53,524 nt of DNA from Promethearchaeota archaeon (GTDB taxonomy: Archaea > Asgardarchaeota > Lokiarchaeia > Sigyniarchaeales > SOKP01), in contig JAEOSU010000012.1 in the NCBI GenBank assembly GCA_016840165.1, forward strand, positions 1-53,524, given 5' to 3'. Below, one piece after another: positions 40,872 through 50,547 of this stretch (the stretch's first letter is position 1; each line of letters starts with the position of its first letter). Position numbers and translations under genes: made by a program. Below the pieces are notes generated by a model. The model saw nothing but the letters and a program-made list of their open reading frames with translations. It ran no database searches and had not been told where the DNA came from.

Positions 40872-42135
40872 TTAAATCTTTGAAGCTATAAAATCGATTA
40901 TATCAATTACTTTAATCTCTTCTTGAAGCTCTGGATCCATATCATTATATGCATCCAAAAAATTCCCGATGCAGAAAGGACAACTGGTTGTTAATACATC
41001 TGCTCCTGTATCGATTGCTTCCTTTATACGATCTTTGGCAATGTCCAAAGCTAATTCGGAAAATTGACTCTTTACTCCTCCCCCTGCACCACAACACCAC
41101 GCATTATTCCTATTTCTTTTCATTTCGATAAGCTCAACTCCTGGTATTCTTGAAATTATTTCGCGAGGGATTTGATAAAGATTCATATGACGTCCTAAAT
41201 GGCAAGGATCATGATAAGTTACTTTTAATTTTTCTTGTTCTTCCTTAAAAGGTATTTTATTAGATTTTAGTAAATCTACAAGAATTTCAGTAATATGTTT
41301 TACTTCAAACGGTAAATCTTCTCCTAAAAGTTCGGGATAATCCTTCTTTATGGTCCTATAACATCCTGCACAAGCAGAAAATACAGTTTTAGCACCCATT
41401 TCATGGAAGAGGTCTACATTATGCTTTATCAGGTTTTTAACACTTTCTTCATCACCAATACGTAGGGCAATAGAACCACAACACCATTCATTCTTCGATA
41501 TTGCTAAATCTATATGAGTAGCATTTAGAATCTTCATCATATTTTTTAATGTATCAACTTGTCGTAATGGCATTGTACATCCTCCGAAAAAGGCTAAGTC
41601 CGCTTTATCTTTAATGTTCGAAAACACAGATAGCCACTCAAACTTCTTACTCTCATCCTCGCCATAAGGATTTCTCATAGTCTCATCATTCATATAATCA
41701 ATTAACTTGCGATGTTTTTCTAATGGAGCAAATCCTGCTTCTACTAAATCCTTTCTCAGTGCATTCCATACTTCCACATGGTCTATCCACTTGCTTGTTG
41801 GAAGTATTATATAGTCATTTTGACTCATATGACATACTTCAGTGCAGTTACCGCATTCCGAGCATTGGTAGACAAATTCAGCAAGTTCTTTACTTAATGG
41901 AATTTTTCCTTCTAAGATGCTTTTTAACACATTCATGCGGCCTCGAGAAAAATAAATCTCAAACCCATGATCCCCTTTAGCTTCTTTTACAGGACAAGTT
42001 AAATATCTGCCAACTGCAGGTCGAATGGCATAGCCACAATCTCCGCATCCCTTCTGCAGTTCAATAAGAAATTTATGAACTTATACAAGAGAAGATTGCT
42101 TTCCATTCTTTTTTTAAATTTTTAAAATCACTCAT
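40872..42135 (-). CDS. HdrD/GlcF/GlpC-like Fe-S oxidoreductase (2 x [4Fe-4S] plus two CCG domains), 410 aa after splicing; exons 42135-42083 and 42051-40872
   Basis: Spliced N-terminus MSDFKNLKKEWKAIFS-CMGCGDC-GYAIRPAVGRYLTCPV...SRGRMNV...CSECGNCTEVC, then CCG motifs (WCCGS, YHDPCHLGR, CCGAGGG, SCPFC). The track ORF from 41936 lacks the first cluster motif. Confidence 0.88.
42052..42082 (-). other. 31-nt bulge-helix-bulge (tRNA-endonuclease type) intron in a protein-coding gene
   Basis: Intron AAGUUCAUAAAUUUCUUAUUGAACUGCAGAA. Central helix UUGU/GCAG, 3-nt bulges AUA and AAG, intron stem AGUUCA/UGAACU, exon stem GCAAUCUUC/GGAGAUUGU. Confidence 0.8.
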
Positions 42136-42301
42136 AAGAAACTCTCAATATAGTCAAATTAGAAATAAAAAAGTATCTCCTTAGTATAAATTATTCTTAG
42201 AAAATTTAAAGTTAATATATGAGATTTTCGATTAGTGAGAAAAAAAAAGATCAAAAATTAATTGAATATTTTCCACTTTTAAAAATTATGATTTTTTAAA
42301 A

Positions 42302-42607
42302 TTAGAGACATTTCCAAGAATCAGCAATAATATGATATTCCGTATGTTCATAAGCTTTAGAATTTATATCTTTCGAACCTTCTACTTTAATAATCCTGCC
42401 TGTTATTTCTAATATATCATTACAATCGACTTGATTTTTAGAATATACTAATATTTGAAATCCATCCTCTAATTCAAAATAATTAATATGTGGATGAGAT
42501 GTTATTAAGGCTTGAATATGCTGCCAAATGGACTTTGAAATTTTTCCTTTAATACTTATAACTTTTCCTTCATTTTGCTTTAAAAAATCTCTTGTTGCTT
42601 TATACAT
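42302..42607 (-). CDS. Small hypothetical protein, possibly OB-fold
   Basis: 101-aa beta-rich ORF (EGKVISIKGKI...LEITGRI...YHIIADSW). Confidence 0.65.
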   Translation of the reverse strand: MYKATRDFLKQNEGKVISIKGKISKSIWQHIQALITSHPHINYFELEDGFQILVYSKNQVDCNDILEITGRIIKVEGSKDINSKAYEHTEYHIIADSWKCL

Positions 42608-42731
42608 CGTACTAAATCTAGTAATAGCGTTTACTTTTCATTTAGACATGTTTTTGTATCAATAATAGAAGAAATGATTAAAAATTAAAATATCAATATA
42701 TTACTTAGGAACCATAATATAAGTAATTCAG

Positions 42732-43337
42732 ATGTTAAATAGCTATGTACACGCTTTTAGATTGTTAACCATTTGGGGTTTATATTCTTTTGTTTGGTTT
42801 TTAAAATTTCCAAATATAGGTTTTTTGATCCTTACTCTATTTTGTCTTGCATCCGGTGTATTTGGTTGGTTAGGGGATTATCGAAGTAAAAAAAAAAGCT
42901 TAATAATTCGTAACTGGGAAAACGAAACCAGTACAGGAATATTATGTATATTATGCTGGGTCGTTAGTCTTTTTATTCCAATATTTAATAGGGATATTAT
43001 GCTTTTTTTTTTGAAATCAATTAATCCTTTACTAGTTTATGGAGTTTTTACACTAATTATGGTACGATACCATAAACTACCTAAGACTAAAAAGAAAAGA
43101 ATAAACTCACAAGTTGAATCTACAAAGAAGAATTTGGAAACGCACTTCTTAAATTTTGAACGATTAAAAGAAATTCCTAAAATAATAGAAAAGAAAGAAT
43201 TTGAATTAGAGGAAATCAAGAACATGCTTAATCATTCAGATTCTTCAATGAAGGAAAAATTTTTGGAAAAAGAGATAAAAACTCTAAGAAAGGAATTGAA
43301 AGTTATTAAAAAGAAATATAATATTAACAATTTTTAG
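42732..43337 (+). CDS. Hypothetical membrane protein with C-terminal coiled coil
   Basis: About 4 TM segments followed by a K/E-rich tail. Confidence 0.6.
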   Translation: MLNSYVHAFRLLTIWGLYSFVWFLKFPNIGFLILTLFCLASGVFGWLGDYRSKKKSLIIRNWENETSTGILCILCWVVSLFIPIFNRDIMLFFLKSINPLLVYGVFTLIMVRYHKLPKTKKKRINSQVESTKKNLETHFLNFERLKEIPKIIEKKEFELEEIKNMLNHSDSSMKEKFLEKEIKTLRKELKVIKKKYNINNF

Positions 43338-43357
43338 TTTTTACTTGCTAATTTTGC

Positions 43358-44872
43358 TTATTTTCCCCAAAAATTGAATTTACCTTTACTTAAGATCATA
43401 TTTGGATCAAGTGTCTTTTTAATATTAGTCATAAGTTTATAGAATTCTTCATTATAAGCCCCAATATCTACCATTAAACGTGACATAAAATCTCCCATCA
43501 TGTACCACTGGACTCCTTTTTTAGTCACTCGTTCCAATAAAGATTTCCATAATCTTAGATTAACTTCATCGATTTCTGGATGCACTGTCCCATCATATAT
43601 GCTCCAAAAACTAGTAAATCCGCATGTAATTTCCACGTTATTCCCATCAATTAATAGTATGGGTCCACTGCCTGCAATAGGTCTTATTTTAGTAATTTCA
43701 AAAATTTTTTGTATATCTTCGTTGTGTTCCATGTCCCACTGATCGACTGTATCCATGATATCAGGATAATTACGAACCGGAGTAAAACATTCAGCAGTAA
43801 GTGGTTGCATAGTAGGATACATCCCCCATAAATTATGATAGAATTGCCAATGCCCTTGTTCAGTATAATGCCATTTAGCAATATTGCCATCTGCTATTTT
43901 TGAACCTAAATACTCACATTTATTCTCTTCCATAATTTTATCCAATTGGTCTTCTTTCGCTTGTAATTCTTGCTCTGAATTCGCTTCGATAGTATAAAAG
44001 ATGACACCTCTCTTTTTTTTTAGATGTTCAAATAAAGGAAAACATTTTTCTTGAGTGACAACTCGAATAAGAAGATCCATGATATACATAAGATCATAAA
44101 CATCAATTCCTCTGTGGCGTACTTCGGACATAATCTGGGATGAAACTTGGCGTTCTTTTCTAGGTAATTGGAAGGTTTTATAGGCAGCAAACTTGGGTTT
44201 AGGAAAGACTTGTAAGGATATCTTGGTTTTCACTCCATAAATTCCATTATCTCCGCAAAATAATCCCGCTAAATCAGGACCATTTCCAAATCGGTTAAAA
44301 GGAAATTGAGAAAATTTATTTGCTTGAGAACCGGTTTCGATAATCTCGCCAGTGGGTAAGACCACTTCGAGAGAGACGAGTTGGTTTGTACATGCTCCAT
44401 ATTTTGCACAACCTCCTCCTCCAACAGAATGGTGTGAAATACCGCCCCCAATTGAGGCAGTCATACCAGATCCTGGGCCCATACATCCAGTATAGAGCCC
44501 ATAATTACATAAATAATCATTTAATTTAGCCCAAGAAATACCTGCTTCAACGGTGACCACCAGATTATCTTGATCAAGGTTAATTATCCTATTCAATCGT
44601 TTTAAATCCAGTACTATACCCTCATTACCAATGGGTTTACTTCCCCCAAATTCACAATCACCACCACCTCGGGGGATAACGGGGATGTTTTCCTCATTAA
44701 CAACTTTTAAAATTTCTGAAATCTCGATTTCGTCTTTAGGTCTAATAACAATATCAGGAACACCCTGTAAAATAAGGTCAACATTTCTAGAATAGCTGTG
44801 TCTTATAAGGAGATCATTTGAAATATGTTCCTTTTTGACAATTTCTTCTAATTTATGATATACTTCGGGCAT
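43358..44872 (-). CDS. FAD-binding oxidoreductase (GlcD/VAO-PCMH family)
   Basis: P.IVIRP, VIPRGGG, VEAG, SIGG, LEVVLPTGEI, G..G.YG and LDPNMIL..G. Confidence 0.9.
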   Translation of the reverse strand: MPEVYHKLEEIVKKEHISNDLLIRHSYSRNVDLILQGVPDIVIRPKDEIEISEILKVVNEENIPVIPRGGGDCEFGGSKPIGNEGIVLDLKRLNRIINLDQDNLVVTVEAGISWAKLNDYLCNYGLYTGCMGPGSGMTASIGGGISHHSVGGGGCAKYGACTNQLVSLEVVLPTGEIIETGSQANKFSQFPFNRFGNGPDLAGLFCGDNGIYGVKTKISLQVFPKPKFAAYKTFQLPRKERQVSSQIMSEVRHRGIDVYDLMYIMDLLIRVVTQEKCFPLFEHLKKKRGVIFYTIEANSEQELQAKEDQLDKIMEENKCEYLGSKIADGNIAKWHYTEQGHWQFYHNLWGMYPTMQPLTAECFTPVRNYPDIMDTVDQWDMEHNEDIQKIFEITKIRPIAGSGPILLIDGNNVEITCGFTSFWSIYDGTVHPEIDEVNLRLWKSLLERVTKKGVQWYMMGDFMSRLMVDIGAYNEEFYKLMTNIKKTLDPNMILSKGKFNFWGK

Positions 44873-44995
44873 AATATATACAATCTACTAAAATATCTCA
44901 ATGTTAAAATTTTTTGATTATATTTAACTTTCATTCAAGATATATATAGATTCTTATTCATTTTTGTCAAAGGTAAACACAGTTTTCATAATGCC

Positions 44996-46510
44996 TTATT
45001 GATTCCAGAAATTATATTTTCCACTACTCAAAATCATATTTGGATCAAGAGTTTTTTTAATACTTTTCATAAGATTATAGAATTCCCCATTATACGCCCC
45101 TATATCAACCATTAATCGACTAGTGATATCTCCCATCATATACCACATAACTCCGTGCTTTGTGACTCTTTCCAATATCGATTTCCAAAGTTTTAAATTG
45201 AGTTTTTCAAGTTCAGGATGATATTCTCCATTAATATAGCTACTGAAGCTGGTAAATCCACAAGTTAATTCGACGGTATTTCCTTTCAATAAAATTATGG
45301 GTCCACTTCCGGTAACGGGTCTCATTCCCGCGATTTTTAAAATAGTTTCCATATCTTCTTTATGTTCGAAGTCCCATTGATCTAAATCCTTTAAAATGGC
45401 GGGATATGTTACAATTGGGACTTTACATTCGGCATCAAGCGATTCAAAACCGGGAACTAAACCCCATAAATTATGAGCATAGAGCCAATGTCCTTGTTCT
45501 TCGTAAAACCATTTACCCATATTACCTTCAGAAATTTCTGAACCTAGAGCCTCTGCTTTATTAGATATGAATATGCTATCTAATTGCTTAGTTTTTTCTT
45601 TTAATTCTTTTTCAGAATTAGCTTCGATCACATAAAATATCGTGCCTCGTTTCCTCTTTAAATCTTCCCACATGGGGAAAAATCCATTTTGTACGCCAAC
45701 GGATACCAAAAGGTCCATAAAAAAGATAGCGTCATATACATCTATCCCTTTTTTTCTAATTTCGCTAAATATTATAGAGGAGACTTCATTAGATTTTCGG
45801 GGCATTAAAAAGGTTTTATATTCAGCATACGGAGGTTTTGGAAAAATTTGTAGCGTAGCTTTTGTTTTTATTCCAAAAATTCCATTATCTCCGCAGAAGA
45901 AACCACTAAGGTCTGGACCGTTTCCAAATCGATTAAATGGAGATTTTGAATATTTATTTGCCTGAGATCCAGTCTCTATAATCTCACCAGTGGGTAATAC
46001 TACTTGTAGTGAAACTAATTGATTTGAACAGGACCCATATTTTGCACCTCCACCTCCACCAACAGAATGATGGGACAGCCCTCCCCCAATAGAAGCAGTT
46101 AAGCCAGATCCCGGCCCTAAACAACCAGTATATAATCCATACTGGGATAAAAAATTATTAAGATTAGCCCATGTAATCCCCGCTTCAACAGTTACTACTA
46201 GATTATCATGATCCATATTGAGAATGTGATTCATACGTGTTAAATCTAAAACAATACCAGTATCTCCTATAGGCTTACTCCCTCCAAATTCACAATCTCC
46301 TCCTCCTCGAGGAATAACAGGAATTTTCTCTTCATTAGCTACTTGTAAAATTTCCGATATTTCAAACTCGTCTTTCGGTCTTATTACATATTCTGGTACG
46401 CCCTGTAAAACTGGATCAACATTTCGCGAATAAGCATGCCGTACGTAAATACTATCAGAGATATATTCTTCAGATACAATGCGCTTTAATTTCTGAAATA
46501 AATCAGTCAT
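44996..46510 (-). CDS. FAD-binding oxidoreductase (GlcD/VAO-PCMH family), tandem paralog
   Basis: Same length (504 aa) and co-linear with 43358..44872. Confidence 0.9.
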   Translation of the reverse strand: MTDLFQKLKRIVSEEYISDSIYVRHAYSRNVDPVLQGVPEYVIRPKDEFEISEILQVANEEKIPVIPRGGGDCEFGGSKPIGDTGIVLDLTRMNHILNMDHDNLVVTVEAGITWANLNNFLSQYGLYTGCLGPGSGLTASIGGGLSHHSVGGGGGAKYGSCSNQLVSLQVVLPTGEIIETGSQANKYSKSPFNRFGNGPDLSGFFCGDNGIFGIKTKATLQIFPKPPYAEYKTFLMPRKSNEVSSIIFSEIRKKGIDVYDAIFFMDLLVSVGVQNGFFPMWEDLKRKRGTIFYVIEANSEKELKEKTKQLDSIFISNKAEALGSEISEGNMGKWFYEEQGHWLYAHNLWGLVPGFESLDAECKVPIVTYPAILKDLDQWDFEHKEDMETILKIAGMRPVTGSGPIILLKGNTVELTCGFTSFSSYINGEYHPELEKLNLKLWKSILERVTKHGVMWYMMGDITSRLMVDIGAYNGEFYNLMKSIKKTLDPNMILSSGKYNFWNQ

Positions 46511-46584
46511 TTATCTACTCAAAGTGAAAACAATTAATATTACATTATCTTTTGTAAATTTAAAAATATAATTTTACATATAAG

Positions 46585-47178
46585 GTGCCAGAGTTCAATA
46601 TTAAACATTATCTCGTTCTAGTTAGTGTTATTTTTTGTATGATTCCCCCTTTTTTTGGGATATTTATCAAATTAATCATAATTAGCCAATTTAACGTGCT
46701 AATATTGTCATTGATTATTATCGGATTAATTATTTTATATCTTATGGGTAAAGCTTTTGAGAAATATGGAAACACCCAAGATACCCTTAAATTAATGAGT
46801 CACCATGATTTAATATCGGCTCTTCTCAACAAAAATAATAAAGTGGTCCTCTTTTTCTTTTTTCCTTTAACAATGGTTATGGAAGAGTTTCTATTCCGAT
46901 TTTACTCCATAGGAATTCTCTATATTGTTATTAATCTGGGACCCCTTGAGAGTATACTTATGTCCAGTCTGATTTTTTCTGTATATCATCTACATTTTTG
47001 GTTTAAATTCAAAAATCGGCGGATAACGATTATTTTTATAATTTTTTCATTCTTCTTAGGACTGTTAAATGGATTTGTTCTTCTAACAATAGGGCTCCCT
47101 TTTTGTATTTTAATTCATTATCTTTTAGCTTTCATCCTATATCTTAATATCTCAAAAAAAATTGAACTTTTGAAGTGA
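46585..47178 (+). CDS. CPBP (CAAX/Abi) family intramembrane glutamic protease
   Basis: EEFLFR, FSVYH and IHY motifs in a multi-TM protein. Confidence 0.85.
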   Translation: MPEFNIKHYLVLVSVIFCMIPPFFGIFIKLIIISQFNVLILSLIIIGLIILYLMGKAFEKYGNTQDTLKLMSHHDLISALLNKNNKVVLFFFFPLTMVMEEFLFRFYSIGILYIVINLGPLESILMSSLIFSVYHLHFWFKFKNRRITIIFIIFSFFLGLLNGFVLLTIGLPFCILIHYLLAFILYLNISKKIELLK

Positions 47179-47211
47179 TTAAATAGGTTATTCTAAAATT
47201 AGAGAGAATTA

Positions 47212-47967
47212 TTAACTTCTTACAATTTCAGATGAAACTGATACTTTTGAATGCATGTTTAAGTTATTTGCAATAGTCATCAATTTTAAGACACGCTTAG
47301 TGGTTATCATCCCTTTCTTACGATCATTTTTACTACAGGCTGCACTACGAAATCCTGTTACGTCAGTTCCTAAATTATATATTGTACTAAGATGCTCTGC
47401 TCGAAGAGATCCCGCCAGTGCTGCTTGTAGTCCTAAGCTATGAGATTCATCAACAAAATATTTTAATTCATCAATTCTTAAAAAATCAAATAGATTCTTT
47501 CCGTTTTTATTTTGAGTATCTAGCATTGCAATATCTGCTCCAGCAGATTTTATAATTGAAGGTATTTTCATAGGATTAATTCCACCATATAGTTCCGCAT
47601 CAGCAAAACCAGCACCAACGATTATTATCTCGGGATTATTTTCTTTTACTGCCCTTACCACATCAGACATCATTTTTATACATTCTTGAGTTGTATGTGT
47701 TTCATATAATCCAATTTTTATATAATCAGCACCAGATAATGCAGCCCCAACCGCTGCTAATGCCGCAGTTCCTGGAAGATTGGGCATATCCCCTATAGCA
47801 GCACTTATAGGATAATTATTAGCTCTTCTTTTTACTTCTTTGATAAACCATGGAGCCGCAGCTCCTAAAGAACCTTCATCTGGATTTTTTAAGTCGATTA
47901 TATCCGCTCCACCTTCTATACAAGCATGTAATTCCTCGATTGAACGAATACTAATTAATACCTTCAT
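47212..47967 (-). CDS. mfnB: (5-formylfuran-3-yl)methyl phosphate synthase (methanofuran biosynthesis)
   Basis: LIS....E......GGADIIDLKNPDEGSLGA, SA.IGD, YIKIGL, MLDT..K.G..LFD and LAGSL. Confidence 0.92.
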   Translation of the reverse strand: MKVLISIRSIEELHACIEGGADIIDLKNPDEGSLGAAAPWFIKEVKRRANNYPISAAIGDMPNLPGTAALAAVGAALSGADYIKIGLYETHTTQECIKMMSDVVRAVKENNPEIIIVGAGFADAELYGGINPMKIPSIIKSAGADIAMLDTQNKNGKNLFDFLRIDELKYFVDESHSLGLQAALAGSLRAEHLSTIYNLGTDVTGFRSAACSKNDRKKGMITTKRVLKLMTIANNLNMHSKVSVSSEIVRS

Positions 47968-48135
47968 TTTATGAGCACAAATTAATATTTTCGGTATTCA
48001 TATTAAAAATTATTTATTAATATATTAAATTTTTCTAAGAGATATTAAGGTTTAGAGATAAATTAGTTAGTTCATAATCAGTATAAAATCAAAAATCATT
48101 AAACAGTTCTGATCGAAAAAAAATAAAGAAAAAAA

Positions 48136-48651
48136 TTAGTAATTTTCAACGACAATTAGGTTAGACTTAAAGCCTTTTCCACAATTGACACAATAAACTA
48201 TTCCATTTTCAGATAATTGTTGGAGCATCTTTTCTGAAAACGCAGCTCCACATTCACTACAATATGCAGCGTTGGGATTAATCAACTGGAGTTCAGAAGG
48301 AATAGCCTCCTTTTCTTTAGGTTCCTTACTAACAAGGCTTAGGTCCTCCTTAGCCTCGTTTTCTTTTACAGGTTTAGGTTTACCTGTAATAGCATAAAAT
48401 AATTCTCTAAATAACTTATAAATACCCAAGAATATTGCTTTTAATAATAAGTAAGTCCCTTTTAGTATGTAATACACTAAATATGCTACACCTTTCAGAA
48501 TATAATATACTAAGACTCCCGCAAGAATTAAAATGGCGACAGCTCCAAAGATTACTAAAACTTGTCCGTAAAGAGGTATATTAAGAAACCATGAAGCAAA
48601 TTCTTTCCAATATATTAATGCTTGGTCAATAATCGAGTTCCAATCTACCAA
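48136..48651 (-). CDS. Membrane-anchored protein with C-terminal zinc ribbon
   Basis: Hydrophobic segment with an internal repeat LVYYILKG x2; CSECG...CVNCG. Confidence 0.75.
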   Translation of the reverse strand: MVDWNSIIDQALIYWKEFASWFLNIPLYGQVLVIFGAVAILILAGVLVYYILKGVAYLVYYILKGTYLLLKAIFLGIYKLFRELFYAITGKPKPVKENEAKEDLSLVSKEPKEKEAIPSELQLINPNAAYCSECGAAFSEKMLQQLSENGIVYCVNCGKGFKSNLIVVENY

Positions 48652-48852
48652 TATTACTCACCTTATCATTTGATATTTTTTAATTATAATTTACAAAAGA
48701 TCAAGGTAATTAAAAAAAAAAATGGGGTCCAGTTTTTAGAGTATAATTTAATAGAAGAAATGGATGATTGATGCATTTCGAAAAACATTGGTATTTAAAT
48801 CATATCTTTTAAAATAAATGATAACTCTTCAAGAAGATATGAAGATATAGGT

Positions 48853-49299
48853 ATGTCTTATCGAGATAAAGAAATATTAGTGTCATGTCCGTTATGCAAA
48901 GCAAAGAAATTAATAGAAGTTCCTCAGTCAGTTTTAGAAGGGGAAAAGCAGCTTACAACGATATCTATACCAAAAGGTAAGATTTGTGATCATCATTTCC
49001 AAATTTTCGTCGATAAGCATTATATAATTCGAGGCTATCAAAAAGTAGATTATGAATTGAGTGAAGGTAAAAATTCTGGAAAATTGCTAAGTGAATCTTT
49101 AAAAATTGACAAAATTAGGCGTAAAGGAAATGTAGCAGAAAAATCAAAAAAACGGAAAAATATGTCTCTAAAAGATATTTACGAGGAATTTTGGGAATAT
49201 ATCAGCATAGATAATGAAGAATTTAAGATTTTTATTACCAAGGACATTAGACGTAAGGAAGATTTAAGCAAAGTAAGATATCAACAAGCTCATACTTAG
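48853..49299 (+). CDS. Zn-ribbon (CPxC...CxH) domain protein
   Basis: CPLC...ICDHHFQIFVDK..IIRGYQKVD; paralogous to the N-terminus of 25800..26642. Confidence 0.75.
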   Translation: MSYRDKEILVSCPLCKAKKLIEVPQSVLEGEKQLTTISIPKGKICDHHFQIFVDKHYIIRGYQKVDYELSEGKNSGKLLSESLKIDKIRRKGNVAEKSKKRKNMSLKDIYEEFWEYISIDNEEFKIFITKDIRRKEDLSKVRYQQAHT

Positions 49300-49388
49300 G
49301 ATTTCACTCCACATGGGTATAAAAATTTAGATTAGAAGGCTAAAACGCCAATAAATTTTTAAGATTGAAAGCTTAATAATTTATTTAA

Positions 49389-50543
49389 ATGAGTTTAGGT
49401 GGGTTAATAAAAAAGGAATTTGGTAGAATTAAATCTGACAAAAGAACGCTGATTTTATTATTTTTAATACCCATAATTTTAATTATTATATTTGGACTCA
49501 CAACTGGAGTGGGTCCAACTAAGTTTTTTACAGCTGCAATCATCACTCGTGATGATATACCTACATATGGTGATTTTCCTTCCAATTCATCCCAGTATGA
49601 TGATAAATTTATCTCAATAATGCAAAATAATAGTACAACATGGACTCTCCATCGATATTTTAATAGTACAAACGAGTCAGAATTTAATGCGGCTTATCTT
49701 AGTTGCTACAATTTCTTAAAGAATGAAGTTGTTGACATATTCGTTGTTTTACCAGAAAATTTTTCTGAATCTGTTATTAAAAAGGTAAACCCCGTATTAG
49801 TATATTATATAGACGGGTCTGATTTAGGTGCGATTTCCGCAGTGGAAGTAGCAATCCAAGAACCAATTGCTTTATTTCGAGCGGAAGTGGATTTAATGGC
49901 AAATTTCTCTATGATGATACCTTATCTTGAATTTGATGTTCCCTTTTGGGAGTCTCAGTTGTTAAATTATGCCATCCCTTTAATTTTGCCCATTATCATT
50001 CTCGGTACTACAATGAATTTAACATCCCTTTCCATAGTTTCTGAAGGCCCTCTTCCAAGAATGCTTATTACGCCAACCACGAAAAGAGAGATAATATTGA
50101 GTAAACTAGTAGCTAATTCAGTTATAATGTTTCTTCAATCCACAGAAATTTTTATTATGACTTCGTTTTTTGGACTATATAGTTTAGGATCATTGTTTTA
50201 TTTTTATTTAGCGTTGGTTATGATAGGATTCTGCGGTATATGTATAGGTTTATTTATCTCTGCAATAAGTCCAACAGAACAAGGGGCTAACCAAATGTAT
50301 CTTATCATGTTTATAGTAATAGTATTATTTTCTGGCAATTTTTTACCTCCAGAGTTAGTTTCTCCTGTGATGCAATATATTATAAATATATTGCCACTGA
50401 GTCATGCAATTCCATTAATAAATGACATAACATTAAGAGGTGTTCCCTTAAATTTAACTCATGTGGCATTTTTGAACTTAAATTCGTTAATCTTCATCGT
50501 TTTAGCTTATATCATTTATAAATTTAAGAAATTAGAGGTGTAA
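49389..50543 (+). CDS. ABC-2 type transporter permease
   Basis: N-terminal TM, extracellular loop, then RMLITP...IILSK and LFSG.F.P...LPLSH. Confidence 0.88.
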   Translation: MSLGGLIKKEFGRIKSDKRTLILLFLIPIILIIIFGLTTGVGPTKFFTAAIITRDDIPTYGDFPSNSSQYDDKFISIMQNNSTTWTLHRYFNSTNESEFNAAYLSCYNFLKNEVVDIFVVLPENFSESVIKKVNPVLVYYIDGSDLGAISAVEVAIQEPIALFRAEVDLMANFSMMIPYLEFDVPFWESQLLNYAIPLILPIIILGTTMNLTSLSIVSEGPLPRMLITPTTKREIILSKLVANSVIMFLQSTEIFIMTSFFGLYSLGSLFYFYLALVMIGFCGICIGLFISAISPTEQGANQMYLIMFIVIVLFSGNFLPPELVSPVMQYIINILPLSHAIPLINDITLRGVPLNLTHVAFLNLNSLIFIVLAYIIYKFKKLEV

Positions 50544-50547
50544 AACG

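Noticed and set aside
42051-42086. Spliceosomal-type GT...AG intron at the same site (GTTCAT...GCAG or ...GAAG; GTATAA...)
   Set aside because: The possible GT-AG excisions (27, 30, 33 or 36 nt) are all multiples of 3 and do not restore the frame. The 31-nt BHB excision restores both the frame and the CxxCxxC motif.
40872-42135. Fe-S oxidoreductase as a simple frameshifted pseudogene or sequencing error
   Set aside because: The defect is a discrete 31-nt insert with exact BHB geometry, and the rest of the gene is intact.
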